Shown here: one piece after another, positions 36,941 through 47,169 of the stretch
Numbering within the stretch: the stretch's first letter is position 1
How the letters are laid out: every line of letters begins with the position of its first letter
Origin: Patescibacteria group bacterium
GTDB taxonomy: Bacteria; Patescibacteriota; Microgenomatia; UBA8517
DNA length: 64,000 nucleotides
Assembly: GCA_035291665.1 (NCBI GenBank)
Contig: DATDRP010000002.1
Span: forward strand, 1,085-65,084
Reading direction: 5' to 3'
Made by a program: the position numbers and the translations under genes
Notes under the pieces: model-generated
What the model was told of the DNA's origin: nothing
What the model saw: the letters and a program-made list of their open reading frames with translations, nothing else
Database searches by the model: none

Positions 36941-37213
36941 CTAACTATGTTGTTGAACGTCTGATTTTTTTAAATTGATAGCTTCAGCTCGGATTATCCG
37001 TCTTTGAATTAAATTTCTGTGTTTGCAAGCGGTAATCACAGGATGTATCCCGGATTGCATCGAAGCTCGCCTTCCGTTGACAGGCATAAATTTCAACCGT
37101 ACTTCCAGCATCTCACCGTCAAGCATAATTTTCGCGTCCCGGCAAAAAATACCCGGACATAAATCACATTTTCCAATATCATACCCTAGTATTTCAAAGT
37201 TATATAATTTCAT
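36941..37213 (-). CDS. Cys-rich hypothetical protein (possibly the 3' half of a split gene)
   Basis: CDLCPGIFC motif. Overlaps the upstream ORF by 10 nt in a different frame. Confidence 0.3.
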   Translation of the reverse strand: MKLYNFEILGYDIGKCDLCPGIFCRDAKIMLDGEMLEVRLKFMPVNGRRASMQSGIHPVITACKHRNLIQRRIIRAEAINLKKSDVQQHS

Positions 37214-37221
37214 TAATGTAA

Positions 37222-37566
37222 TCAGGCTTTACGCCTTGCCAAAACCGCTTTGGTTTGCATTATCCTGAAAATACAGGTATTGATACTCCCATGCTCACCC
37301 AACGACGTTATTTCATCTGCTCTGATAAAATATGCTTTTCGCTGTTCGGATCCCGGATTTTGCGCACAGATTACATTTACACAGTTACTGCAAAATTGCG
37401 CATCAGGTGAAACTTTGTACCACTTAACCAATTTTTGTTTAATAACTTCCATCAATCTCACACTCCTTTTTGATTCATCGGTTTTCCAAACTGTTGCGGT
37501 TCCGGCAATGATGAATCTTTGACAGGGATTTTCTTGAAAATACAGCATTTTAATGTTTTTTACCAT
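37222..37566 (-). CDS. Cys-rich hypothetical protein (possibly the 5' half of a split gene)
   Basis: FCSNCVNVICAQNPG motif. Adjacent frame-shifted partner downstream. Confidence 0.3.
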   Translation of the reverse strand: MVKNIKMLYFQENPCQRFIIAGTATVWKTDESKRSVRLMEVIKQKLVKWYKVSPDAQFCSNCVNVICAQNPGSEQRKAYFIRADEITSLGEHGSINTCIFRIMQTKAVLARRKA

Positions 37567-37604
37567 TCCGAAAGATGGGAACTTAGAAAATGAAGTAAAT
37601 TATT

Positions 37605-38612
37605 TTATTTCCAACCTTTGGGGTGGATTTTATACCATTTTACAAGGCTTTCGACTGAATCTTTTATCGTACGCTTGGGCGTCCAACCGAGTACTTTTTT
37701 CGCTTTTTTGATATCACCTATTAACTTTGTCGGTTCCCCTTTCCTGGGTTCGCCTCTTTTTGTATCAAATTTAACACCTGTAATCTCCTGAACCGTATTT
37801 ACAATTTCAAGCACAGAATTTCCTTCCCCCGTACCCAAATTAATGATTTCCTGACATTTATTTTTTTGCAAATATTCCAAAGCTTTTATGTGAGCTTCAT
37901 TCAGATCGACCACATTTATATAATCTCTGATCGGCGTACCATCCGGCGTGTCAACTTTACGGTAAGTCAGAAAAAACGGTTCTATCCCCATGGCACCTCT
38001 CACTGCATTTTGAATCAACAAGACTGACGGATCTTTTGAATCACCAATCTCTCCGTCATCGCTGGCGCCGCAGACGTTAAAATAACGAAGGATTACGAAG
38101 TTGAGTCCTTTACGCTTTCCATAAGTTTCAATCATCATTTCCACAATTCTTTTTGAAATGCCATATGGGGTACCTGAATTTATCGGATGGTTTTCGTCTA
38201 CCGGCACATACTTAGCCTCGCCATATACTTCACATGTTGAAGAAAAAACAAGATTTTTAATACCTGCCTCAAGAAGAGCAGTAAGAAGATTGTGCGAACC
38301 GACCACATTATTTTCGAAATACTTTTGCGGATTTTCCATTGATTCATTGACAAGGCAGGACGCGGCATAATGCAAAACAGCATCAACATTTTTCTCTTTC
38401 GAGAAAACTTTTTTAAGAGAGACCGGGTCTTTTAAATCAGCATCATAATAGGTAATTTTTGAACCGAACTTCGATTTCAAAAATTCAAGAGGCTGCCTGT
38501 GACCAGTGGTAAAATTGTCAATCACAACAACCGTATATCCTTTTTGTAGTAGGAGATAGCAAGAAACGGAACCAATATATCCGCCGCCGCCAGTTACGAG
38601 AACTTTCTTCAT
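37605..38612 (-). CDS. galE: UDP-glucose 4-epimerase
   Basis: MKKVLVTGGGGYIGS Rossmann motif. Extended SDR with YxxxK (YGISKRI), 335 aa. Confidence 0.85.
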   Translation of the reverse strand: MKKVLVTGGGGYIGSVSCYLLLQKGYTVVVIDNFTTGHRQPLEFLKSKFGSKITYYDADLKDPVSLKKVFSKEKNVDAVLHYAASCLVNESMENPQKYFENNVVGSHNLLTALLEAGIKNLVFSSTCEVYGEAKYVPVDENHPINSGTPYGISKRIVEMMIETYGKRKGLNFVILRYFNVCGASDDGEIGDSKDPSVLLIQNAVRGAMGIEPFFLTYRKVDTPDGTPIRDYINVVDLNEAHIKALEYLQKNKCQEIINLGTGEGNSVLEIVNTVQEITGVKFDTKRGEPRKGEPTKLIGDIKKAKKVLGWTPKRTIKDSVESLVKWYKIHPKGWK

Positions 38613-38688
38613 AATTTCAAAGTTATTTTACCTGACATTATTTTATATTACTAATTCAAAAAAACTATTAGTTTAAACTAGTTGAGTT

Positions 38689-39120
38689 TTATACTAACTC
38701 CAGTTTTTTAAGCAAGTATTTTGGTTTACCCGAGAGTTTGGGTGCAATTCTATATATAAACAAAGCCGTGAGAATGGAGCCGGAGATATCAATAAGAACA
38801 TCTCTCAACTTGGGTTCGCGACCGGGAGTAAATGATTGGTGAAATTCGTCAGAAAAAGCGTAAATCATTGCAATTATAACTGATATAATGGCTGCTTTCT
38901 TTTTATTAACTGAACTTTTAATTAAAGCTCTAAACAATAAAACGGTAAATGTCGAATATTCAATCAGGTGGGCAGTTTTTTTGATTATGAAATCCTTCCA
39001 GTGAATTTCCGATGCCCTGCCGGTCGGGCTCGCGGAAAAAAGAAATATTACCGCTGCCCATAAGACAAAAGGAAGCCAATAATATAGAAATAATTTTTTG
39101 GGGATATATGTATTTTCCAT
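38689..39120 (-). CDS. VanZ-like family membrane protein
   Basis: 4 TM segments with conserved HxxEY (AHLIEYS) and SDEFHQSFTPGR. Confidence 0.65.
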   Translation of the reverse strand: MENTYIPKKLFLYYWLPFVLWAAVIFLFSASPTGRASEIHWKDFIIKKTAHLIEYSTFTVLLFRALIKSSVNKKKAAIISVIIAMIYAFSDEFHQSFTPGREPKLRDVLIDISGSILTALFIYRIAPKLSGKPKYLLKKLELV

Positions 39121-39238
39121 GGCATCCTCCTACGAGCCAAGTCAAACTTGGTTGTCGAGTCAGACTCGATCTGACTCGGGAGTTTCTTGAACACTGATAT
39201 TAATTATATTGTAAACGTGATGGGGAAATTAAGGAAGT

Positions 39239-40144
39239 CTAGTTTCTCGAAAATATTTTTCTAATATCTTTTATCGACCATTTTTTCTTCTGGGCGACAT
39301 AGGCAAATGCCGAAAGACCCAAAACTCCCGCACCTGACCCTATAAGTATAATCGGAACAAAATCCGTTTTTCCGGAATCGCTTTCATACCCCATGACACT
39401 GGCGCTACCCACTCCGTTTGAGTCTACTATTTCGGATGGTTCGCTTTCTTTTAGGTCTAACTTGATCTCTTCCGTAGGCTTTGCCATTGTGAGAACTTTG
39501 GTGGGCTTGGCAGTAGGCATGGGAGTTGATGTCGGCTTGGGGGTCGGTGTTGCCGTCGGAGTGGGCGTGTTGGTTGGCTGTGGTGTTGCCGTCGGAGTAT
39601 TGGTTGGTTGTGGGATAGAAGTGGGAGACGGGCATGGAGCTAATGTAACTCCATAATTACTTGTTCCTTTGGTTGCTGCAGCTAACCTTTCAATTGTGTT
39701 GCCAGGATCTGATCCTTCCGTCACAACAATTCTTCCTACGGTTTGGCCATGATCAGGGGGGCATACATTTCCTGCACCTCCATAAGTTATCGAATCTATG
39801 GGATTATCAGGATCTGAAATTAAAATCAACTTAATTGTGTCACCTGAATTTCCCAATCTATTCGACCAATCAATAGTACAAAAATTGCCTGTACACGTAG
39901 CTTCAGACAAATTTTTAACATTATCAGAGTCATCAATTATTTGATAGTTAGTCAGTTCCTCACTGTCGTGATAAATTTCTACCCAATCCGGCCAGTCTGA
40001 ATCATCACTAGTTCCAGCAGCTGAACTAAACTCATTAATCACAACAACGGCTCTGGTAACTGAAACCGACATCAGTAAAAATAAAAAGCTGAAAATCAAA
40101 ACTGCAGGCAGGTTTAAAAATGTTGCTCGCCCAATTGTTCTCAT
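39239..40144 (-). CDS. surface protein with lamin-tail domain, PT-rich linker and C-terminal TM anchor
   Basis: VVINEFSSAAG...DWVEIYH LTD signature, TNTPTATPQPTNTPTPTATPTPKPTSTP linker, C-terminal hydrophobic segment then KKKW. Confidence 0.65.
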   Translation of the reverse strand: MRTIGRATFLNLPAVLIFSFLFLLMSVSVTRAVVVINEFSSAAGTSDDSDWPDWVEIYHDSEELTNYQIIDDSDNVKNLSEATCTGNFCTIDWSNRLGNSGDTIKLILISDPDNPIDSITYGGAGNVCPPDHGQTVGRIVVTEGSDPGNTIERLAAATKGTSNYGVTLAPCPSPTSIPQPTNTPTATPQPTNTPTPTATPTPKPTSTPMPTAKPTKVLTMAKPTEEIKLDLKESEPSEIVDSNGVGSASVMGYESDSGKTDFVPIILIGSGAGVLGLSAFAYVAQKKKWSIKDIRKIFSRN

Positions 40145-40162
40145 GAATTAATTAAAAATACT

Positions 40163-41338
40163 CTAATAATTAATGTGAAGATAGTATGTTTCAAGGTCCG
40201 AGTCATCATGGTTGACTTTAACGTAACGCAGTGCGCAGCCGTTCGATCCCGAAAAGCTTCCTCTATATAGCTCACCTGCCTTAACTGCTTTGACGCTTGG
40301 AGAACTATTGCTATCAATATCGATTCCGTTATGGAACGAATAAACCCTGCCTACCCAGGTATTTCTCACCGCCCATGTGCTTCCAAAACCCTGCGAATAT
40401 TTTATAGGTTCGTTCAAAGGCCAACTCCAAGATCCGCTCGGGTTAAAAGGATCTCCGTCAGAACTCCCGCAAGCCGATCCCGAACAGTTTTCATAACCAA
40501 TTCCGCCTCTTAAATAATTGAATGGATTTTGAGCTGCTCCATTGGTACTCACAATAAAATGAAGATGCTCGCCGCTGCTGTTGCAGGAAGGTCCCTGGAT
40601 AACTGATGCAATCCGATCTCCTTCATTGACATGCCCCACCCGGGTTTCCGTACCTTTCCCTGAAATGATGGCAACGATTGCTTCGTATTCCGAACGAGCC
40701 GATGCTAAAAGCTGTTGGTATTTCTTTTCATCATTTTTTGTTTGTTCCAGGAGTTTCGCTTTTGCTGTTTTTTGAGAATTCAACGATTTTTGCTGGACAA
40801 TCAGTTCGTTCTGTAAAGTCTCCTGATCAGATTTTTGCTCTTCATATGTCACTTTTGCTTTGTTGAGTCTCTCCAAAAGATCAACATCTGATTGTTGGAT
40901 GCGTTTGAGGTAGTGGAAACTGGAAAATGCATCAGATATTGTATCGAACTGCAGGAATAACATATATCCTTCGGAAAAACGGGACATCTTGTAGGTTTTA
41001 CTTGCACGCTCAGAAAAAGCATCACCCAAAGCGCTTACCGAAATTTCAAGTTGGTCAATCCGCCCACCCAGAAGATTTATTTTTTCTTCGGTTTGGGAAA
41101 TTTTCAAAAGAGTCAGCTTAATCTGCGCATCGTATTGAGCTACCTGGTTGGATAATGTATCAGCCTCCGCAGAAAGCCTTTTTATCTCGTTTTCGTATTG
41201 TTGAATTTCCTGCGATAGTCTCTGAAGTTTCTCTTCTTCGGTCTCAGCGCTGACACTTTTTGTTCTTAACAAAACCGCAGCCGAAATTAGAACGGCTATC
41301 AAAAGTAATAAACCGAGTTTTTTTAGGTAACATTTCAT
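40163..41338 (-). CDS. EnvC/PcsB-like coiled-coil protein with (apparently circularly permuted) M23 peptidase domain
   Basis: Signal/TM, about 200-aa coiled coil, then GEHLHFIVSTNGAAQNPFNYL (the M23 C-terminal HxH block) before FHNGIDID...AVKAGEL...YYLHI (M23 N-terminal blocks). Immediately downstream of ftsEX. Confidence 0.7.
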   Translation of the reverse strand: MKCYLKKLGLLLLIAVLISAAVLLRTKSVSAETEEEKLQRLSQEIQQYENEIKRLSAEADTLSNQVAQYDAQIKLTLLKISQTEEKINLLGGRIDQLEISVSALGDAFSERASKTYKMSRFSEGYMLFLQFDTISDAFSSFHYLKRIQQSDVDLLERLNKAKVTYEEQKSDQETLQNELIVQQKSLNSQKTAKAKLLEQTKNDEKKYQQLLASARSEYEAIVAIISGKGTETRVGHVNEGDRIASVIQGPSCNSSGEHLHFIVSTNGAAQNPFNYLRGGIGYENCSGSACGSSDGDPFNPSGSWSWPLNEPIKYSQGFGSTWAVRNTWVGRVYSFHNGIDIDSNSSPSVKAVKAGELYRGSFSGSNGCALRYVKVNHDDSDLETYYLHINY

Positions 41339-42252
41339 TTCTTCTTTCCGGCACGGGATACGGCTATAAAACTACCCACTAAACAAAGAAGTGTTCCGAT
41401 AAAAAGCTCGATTCCCAGAATGATTCCAAAAATGCTTAAAAGCGTAATAGTATCACCCGGAAGTATCGGTATTTCGCCAAAATATTTAAGGAGCGACGGG
41501 GTGCTGTAAAGTATGATCAAGAGCGAAATTAACCAACCGGCAAAGACACCTGTGAATGCGTAAAGCAGAGCTTCAAGCATGATCGGGGATCGAATGAACC
41601 CGGGTGTAGCCCCAATAAGCGATAAAATCTCTACTTCATTTCTTCTGGTGGTCATACGCATACCCATGATGACCAAAATCAAAATGAACGATGTTCCGAG
41701 TAAAAATCCGGCAAAAATTCCCCCTCCAAGACGGATGTAATAACTGATCTGGCGCAGTCTTGCCACAACGTCGGTTAAGCTCTCTTCACCCCCGAGGCTT
41801 GCCGTAAAACCAACCTCATCGACAATTGATTCATTCTTAAGTTCGGTAATCATCCCTTCAGCATATGAAAGATCATTCAGTGTAAACTCTACGCTGGCAG
41901 GAAATATGGAAGGGGATACCAATTCAGTTAAGAGGGGATTTTCCGATGTGGCGTTTTTGTATATTTCCAATGCTTGTTCTTTTGAAACGTAAGTTACGTT
42001 TCTGATTTTTGAATCTGACTTCAACTTATTTATAAGGTCTTGGCTTTCCAGTTCCGTTGCCGTGTCAGTTAAAAAAGCTATGATTTGAGGCCTTGTTTCA
42101 AAATATCTGATTACCTGATTCGAAGAATATACAAAAATCAGAAGTATAGTTGTCACAAAAAAAGTTATCATCAGAACAAAGAGAGCCGATAACGCCTGAA
42201 AAGGGGTTCTTCGAATATTATTTAATGCTGTTTTAACGTGTATATTTGCCAT
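41335..42252 (-). CDS. ftsX: cell division ABC transporter permease FtsX
   Basis: N-terminal TM, periplasmic domain, C-terminal 3-TM FtsX bundle. 4-nt overlap with the downstream gene. Confidence 0.8.
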   Translation of the reverse strand: MANIHVKTALNNIRRTPFQALSALFVLMITFFVTTILLIFVYSSNQVIRYFETRPQIIAFLTDTATELESQDLINKLKSDSKIRNVTYVSKEQALEIYKNATSENPLLTELVSPSIFPASVEFTLNDLSYAEGMITELKNESIVDEVGFTASLGGEESLTDVVARLRQISYYIRLGGGIFAGFLLGTSFILILVIMGMRMTTRRNEVEILSLIGATPGFIRSPIMLEALLYAFTGVFAGWLISLLIILYSTPSLLKYFGEIPILPGDTITLLSIFGIILGIELFIGTLLCLVGSFIAVSRAGKKK

Positions 42253-42254
42253 AT

Positions 42255-42989
42255 TTATTTTTTTACCGGCTCAACGGATTCGATTATTTTATTCTCATCT
42301 GATTTTACACTTTTATTATCTTCAGTCTTCTTTTTCGAATCAAATGTTAAGACTCCTTTGTCCAACTTAATCACCCGCTTCTTATGTTTTTCAATAATTC
42401 CCTGATGATGGGTAGCAATAATTATCGTTTTTCCTTCTTTATTAATTTTCTCAAAAAGGTCAATTATTCCCTCTGCCGTATCCCAATCAAGATTTCCGGT
42501 TGGTTCGTCTGCCAAAACCACCTTCGGATTAACAACCAACGCTCTTGCAAGGGAAACCCTTTGAAGCTCTCCGCCGGATAATTGTGACGGGAAAAAGTCT
42601 TCCCGGTTTTTGATGTCCACCAAACTTAAAACATGCGCAATCCTGTCTTTCCAATCTTTTTCCGGTACTTTTGAGACCGCAAGAGCAATTTCTACATTTT
42701 CCCATAAAGTTTTTTCCGGTATAACTTTAAAATCCTGAAAAACAACTCCGATTTTTTGACGCAAACCGGGAATGTCTTTGATTTTCAATTTCGAAAGATC
42801 CTGTCCATCAAAAATTACCTGACCTTTATCGGGGAGGATCTCCTGAAGGATCAACCTCAAAAGAGTAGTTTTTCCGCTGCCGGATGGTCCTGTTATATAA
42901 ACAAATTCACCGCTTTCTATACTGAGATTTATGCTTTCCAGAGCTCTTACTTTACCGAAACTTTTAGTGACATTTTTAAATTCAAACAT
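42255..42989 (-). CDS. ftsE: cell division ATP-binding protein FtsE
   Basis: Walker A GPSGSGKTT, signature LSGGELQRVSLARAL, Walker B VLADEPTGNLD. Confidence 0.85.
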   Translation of the reverse strand: MFEFKNVTKSFGKVRALESINLSIESGEFVYITGPSGSGKTTLLRLILQEILPDKGQVIFDGQDLSKLKIKDIPGLRQKIGVVFQDFKVIPEKTLWENVEIALAVSKVPEKDWKDRIAHVLSLVDIKNREDFFPSQLSGGELQRVSLARALVVNPKVVLADEPTGNLDWDTAEGIIDLFEKINKEGKTIIIATHHQGIIEKHKKRVIKLDKGVLTFDSKKKTEDNKSVKSDENKIIESVEPVKK

Positions 42990-43134
42990 AAGTCTTAATG
43001 CATCTTAAGAGTAGCAAAATTCGAACCCGACGACAAACCCGAAAAACATTTTTAGCCACGAAAATTCAGTTTCTTTTTACCCTTAACTTCGGAAAAGCGG
43101 GTGGTTCTCCGGGGAAAATTCATGAAGAATTCTT

Positions 43135-43662
43135 TCATTCAACCACTTTTATTTTACCAACATCCATCAGCCAACCTGCAGATTTTGCAGAAATTGTCTC
43201 ACCCCAGACTGTAACTTTCTTATCTATAAACACATCCAAATCAATCACAGTTGAAGTCAAATAAACATATTTTTCCTCACCCATATCACGATCAAGGTAG
43301 TGAGTGCCTTCTCCTTTGATGCCCCCGGACTTGAGAACCCCCTCGGCAGAATCTCTGAACGTGGACTCATCCGTTACTCCCGCTTCAGTCACCTGCTTTT
43401 TATCGTCTACAACTACATCACCGCCGGATTTTGATATGCTTGATTTAGCCTGGGTTCCCGACAAAAACCAACCCGTTGCCACACCTGCCAAAACAACAAC
43501 TAAAGAACCCAGAATCAAAGAAAGTGTCTTTTTTATATTTTTTTTCGGCATCACTTCCTTAACCAATGGTTTTTCAGCTGGAACTTGAGCCTCGGGGTGA
43601 ACTTCCGGAGTCAGAAGGGAATCTGTTTTTACAACTTCTTGGGGTTTCGTTTTTTCGTCCAT
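43135..43662 (-). CDS. membrane-anchored hypothetical protein
   Basis: Charged N-terminus, single TM, extracytoplasmic C-terminal domain. Confidence 0.4.
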   Translation of the reverse strand: MDEKTKPQEVVKTDSLLTPEVHPEAQVPAEKPLVKEVMPKKNIKKTLSLILGSLVVVLAGVATGWFLSGTQAKSSISKSGGDVVVDDKKQVTEAGVTDESTFRDSAEGVLKSGGIKGEGTHYLDRDMGEEKYVYLTSTVIDLDVFIDKKVTVWGETISAKSAGWLMDVGKIKVVE

Positions 43663-43774
43663 ACAAATAAGTTCTATTTCAATATATCACAAGCGAAATT
43701 TAAATGAAAATACTGAAATTACGTTTAGTAAAAAGTAAAGGGATCGCCTAAAAAAATACGGACTTACCTTATAC

Positions 43775-43816
43775 GGGGTAAAGGGTGTACGCATGTTGCA
43801 CCCTAAGGGTGTAAGG
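43775..43816 (-). repeat. REP-A copy (reverse orientation)
   Basis: ggggtaaagggtgtacgcatgttgcaccctaagggtgtaagg, 3' of prfB. Confidence 0.7.
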
Positions 43817-44890
43817 CTATAATCCCAGCTCAGCTTCGATAAATTTATCAATTTCACCATCCAGAACTTTATCGGGGTCGGAAGTTTCAACGTTAGTACG
43901 AAGATCTTTCACCATTTTATACGGATGAAGTACATACGAACGGATTTGGTTTCCCCATGAAGCCGGCCGATATTCTCCTTTGAGTTTTTCCACTTGGTTT
44001 TTTTCCTCTTCCTGTTTCCGAATCCAAAGCAGCGCACGGAGATGTTCCAGAGCAAATTTCCGGTTTTGTTCCTGAAAACGTTCTGTCTGAGAGGTTACCA
44101 CTATTCCTGACGGAATATGCTTCAATCTTACTGCAGTCGAAACCTTCTGAACATTTTGACCACCCTGAGTTGAAGCGCGGTAGAATTGCCAATCAAGATC
44201 TTCCTCTTTTATCTGAATATCCGGAAGGTCGGTTTCTTCCAGTTCGGGAAGCACTTCGACCAGTGCAAATGAAGTTTGTCTCAAATTGTCCGCATTGAAA
44301 GGGGATTGGCGGACCAGTCTGTGGGTGCCGGCTTCATTTTTAAGATATCCGTAGGCATACTTCCCTTCAATTTTTACTGAAACACTTTTTAACCCGGCTT
44401 CCTCACCTTCGCTTACCGACAAAACAATCGTATTCCATTTTCTTATTTCACAAAAACGAAGATACATCCTATATAACATGCTTGCCCAATCCATAGCCTC
44501 TGTTCCTCCCTGACCGGCATGGATTGAAATTATCGCGCTACGCTTGTCAAAGGGCTCGGACAGAAGCAGTTCAACCTTAAGCTTATCCAACATACGTTTG
44601 GTGTCCGAAACGCTTTTTTCCATATCATCGCTTAGGGAATTTTGCTTGGCCAAATCGGAAAGAAGCGTGATATTAGACTCAATTTCTTTGAATCTTTGAA
44701 TTTCATCATTCAGGTCGGAAAGCTCCTGCATTACTTTTCTTGCTGATTCCTGGTTATTCCAAAATTCAGGATCAGTTGATTTCCCTTCCAAAATATGAAG
44801 ATCTTCCTCTTGCTTCGCCAAATTGTAATTCTTCCTGATATTCTCAAAAGAGGCTACTAACTCATCAACTTTTTCTTTAATAGTGATCAT
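43817..44890 (-). CDS. prfB: peptide chain release factor 2 (uninterrupted, no +1 frameshift site)
   Basis: SPF tripeptide (RQSPFNA), GGQ motif (TQGGQNVQKVSTAVRL), 357 aa in one frame. Confidence 0.85.
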   Translation of the reverse strand: MITIKEKVDELVASFENIRKNYNLAKQEEDLHILEGKSTDPEFWNNQESARKVMQELSDLNDEIQRFKEIESNITLLSDLAKQNSLSDDMEKSVSDTKRMLDKLKVELLLSEPFDKRSAIISIHAGQGGTEAMDWASMLYRMYLRFCEIRKWNTIVLSVSEGEEAGLKSVSVKIEGKYAYGYLKNEAGTHRLVRQSPFNADNLRQTSFALVEVLPELEETDLPDIQIKEEDLDWQFYRASTQGGQNVQKVSTAVRLKHIPSGIVVTSQTERFQEQNRKFALEHLRALLWIRKQEEEKNQVEKLKGEYRPASWGNQIRSYVLHPYKMVKDLRTNVETSDPDKVLDGEIDKFIEAELGL

Positions 44891-44932
44891 AACGTTGTTA
44901 GTATATTAAATTATCCAAAAATGATAAAGAAT

Positions 44933-45403
44933 TCATGGTTTACAAATGAGGTCGGTAAATTTTTCAGCTTCTTTCTGGGAAAGTTTTGTATAAACCGAAT
45001 ACACCTGATCGGCGCTGACCGGATTTTTTGAATCCAAGGACGTGCCGGAATTTTGTGTTCCCAAAACTTTAACAAAACGGCTCCGTCCGATATCCAAAAT
45101 AGTTGATATTGGTTTCGGAGCGCTTTCGATTCCTAATACTTCCGTAAATATTGTGCGACCATATAGCATAAATAATCCCTCAACTCCAACCGCGAGAATG
45201 AATCCCCAAAACAAGAATGCAATCGTTTGTTTTCCCATACTCCAATTGACATACAAAAACCTGATCCTCGCAAAAGTGAAAACAATCATAAACAATAGAA
45301 GAATTAATACTCCCACCAGCCAATAAGTCGCATCAATATTAAAAGATCCAACCTTAAAAGATGTAACGGTTTTATTAAGTAGAACCAGAATTTTCTGCCA
45401 CAT
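44933..45403 (-). CDS. hypothetical membrane protein
   Basis: Three predicted TM segments. No family recognised. Confidence 0.4.
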   Translation of the reverse strand: MWQKILVLLNKTVTSFKVGSFNIDATYWLVGVLILLLFMIVFTFARIRFLYVNWSMGKQTIAFLFWGFILAVGVEGLFMLYGRTIFTEVLGIESAPKPISTILDIGRSRFVKVLGTQNSGTSLDSKNPVSADQVYSVYTKLSQKEAEKFTDLICKP

Positions 45404-45471
45404 ACTCCAAGCCTAATTTTATCACAGCTACAAATAAAGATAATTACTTTTGAAGATTTCAAAAAATCTCA

Positions 45472-45987
45472 TTATCCTTTACGAACCGAAAGGAGTTCAA
45501 CTTCGAAGATTAAAGTTGCATTCGAAGGAATATCGGGAGGAGACCCGGCTTCTCCGTATCCCAAATCAGGCGGGATGGTCAACTTTCTTTTTCCGCCCAC
45601 TTTCATTCCGTTAACACCCTGATCCCAACCCTGAATAACTCTTCCTTGGCCCAGGGGAAAATCAAAAGGTTTCTGCCTTTCATACGACGAATCAAATACG
45701 GTTCCGTCCGTCAGAGTTCCTTTGTAATTCACAGTTACCAAATCTCCGGATTTTGCTTCCTCACCCGAACCAACCACAAGATCTTCAATTTGAAGATCGG
45801 CCGATTGAGTTGTATTTTGCGAATCGTTATTCATATTGAATTCAGGAATAGGGTTTTCAACTTTACCTTTCCCATTAATTAAATACGCAAAAAGCCCTCC
45901 TGTCAAAAGCAAAAAAAATCCTAATATGATCGCTGCGTTTTTCAAATCAAAAGCGATTTTTGTATTTTTCAAATCTTCTTCAACCAT
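45472..45987 (-). CDS. FKBP-type peptidyl-prolyl cis-trans isomerase
   Basis: [45 protein letters not shown]...[10 protein letters not shown]. Confidence 0.8.
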   Translation of the reverse strand: MVEEDLKNTKIAFDLKNAAIILGFFLLLTGGLFAYLINGKGKVENPIPEFNMNNDSQNTTQSADLQIEDLVVGSGEEAKSGDLVTVNYKGTLTDGTVFDSSYERQKPFDFPLGQGRVIQGWDQGVNGMKVGGKRKLTIPPDLGYGEAGSPPDIPSNATLIFEVELLSVRKG

Positions 45988-47147
45988 AATTTCATTAAAT
46001 CCAAAAAGTCTCCGGCATCAAGTGCAACTCTTATTTTATACATCAGATTATTATAAAAATAAATATTATGAATCGTTGCCAGGCGTGATCCCAGAATCTC
46101 ATCAGACGTTAATAGGTGGTTAATATAAGCTTTCGAGAAGGTTTTACAGGTATAACAGGAACAGCTTGAGCTCACAGGTTTTTTATCATTTCTAAAGGAA
46201 GAATTCTTTATATTTATTCTGAATTTGTTTTCTACGGAACCGCCATCCTCCGGGAATATAAACAAAAGACCTGTTCTTGCCATTCGGGTTACTGAACTAT
46301 TGTCGAAAATGTCCACTCCCCTCTTGACAGCCTCAAAAACTCCTTCCGGTCCCCCACCCAGCCCGAGCGCGTGGAGTGGTTTGTCATCCGGAATATTTCC
46401 TGCAATAGTATCGAGGGATTTTGCAGTTATTTTCGGATCGGAGCCTATGGTCTCGTCCCCTATTGCAATTCCGGGAAATCCCATTCTTATTATAAATTTT
46501 AAACATTCGTTTCTTAATTTTTTATCAAGTTGACCTTGAATTATTCCGAAAAGCGCCTGATACTTTCCGTATTTACTCTTCTTCCTTGATTTTTCCCAAA
46601 AACGAAACGATTGCTCTTCCCACTTCAAAGATCTTTTAAAAGCCTCAGCGTTTTCCTTTTTTGTGTACTCATAACCCATCGGCTGGTCCAATGACATAAT
46701 AATATCTGCTCCCAATACGCTTTGAATTTTCATTGACAGTTCGGGGGTTAAAAAATGTTTTGATCCATCAATGTGCGAATAAAAATACATACCAAAGTCT
46801 GAAATTTTTGATTTTGGCTTCACTCTTACTTTCCTGTTCCATAAAAAAGACACTTGATATCCGCCGCTATCGGTTATTGCCGGACCGTTCCAACCCATAA
46901 ACGGCGCAAAACCGCCAAAATTCTCTATCGTTTCTATACCGGGTTTGAGATATAAATGATAGGCATTTCCCAGAACCACCTGTGTTTTAATGTTTTTCAA
47001 ATCAACAGGGTCAAGGGACTTTACTGTAGCTTTTGTTCCGACTGGAGAAAAAGCCGGTGTTTCAATATCACCGTGCGGGGTTTTTATTACACCCCCTCTT
47101 GCAAAACTTTTTTTGTCAAATTTCTTAACCTTAAATTCAAAATCCAT
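45969..47147 (-). CDS. tgt: queuine/archaeosine-type tRNA-guanine transglycosylase
   Basis: DSGGYQV and the zinc motif [17 protein letters not shown]. Confidence 0.8.
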   Translation of the reverse strand: MDFEFKVKKFDKKSFARGGVIKTPHGDIETPAFSPVGTKATVKSLDPVDLKNIKTQVVLGNAYHLYLKPGIETIENFGGFAPFMGWNGPAITDSGGYQVSFLWNRKVRVKPKSKISDFGMYFYSHIDGSKHFLTPELSMKIQSVLGADIIMSLDQPMGYEYTKKENAEAFKRSLKWEEQSFRFWEKSRKKSKYGKYQALFGIIQGQLDKKLRNECLKFIIRMGFPGIAIGDETIGSDPKITAKSLDTIAGNIPDDKPLHALGLGGGPEGVFEAVKRGVDIFDNSSVTRMARTGLLFIFPEDGGSVENKFRINIKNSSFRNDKKPVSSSCSCYTCKTFSKAYINHLLTSDEILGSRLATIHNIYFYNNLMYKIRVALDAGDFLDLMKLWLKKI

Positions 47148-47169
47148 GTGGTGATTATATCAATTTGTG

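Noticed and set aside
43817-44890. Expected programmed +1 frameshift in prfB
   Set aside because: The RF2 reading frame is continuous from MITIKEK to the C-terminus (357 aa). No CUU UGA C shifty site is needed here.
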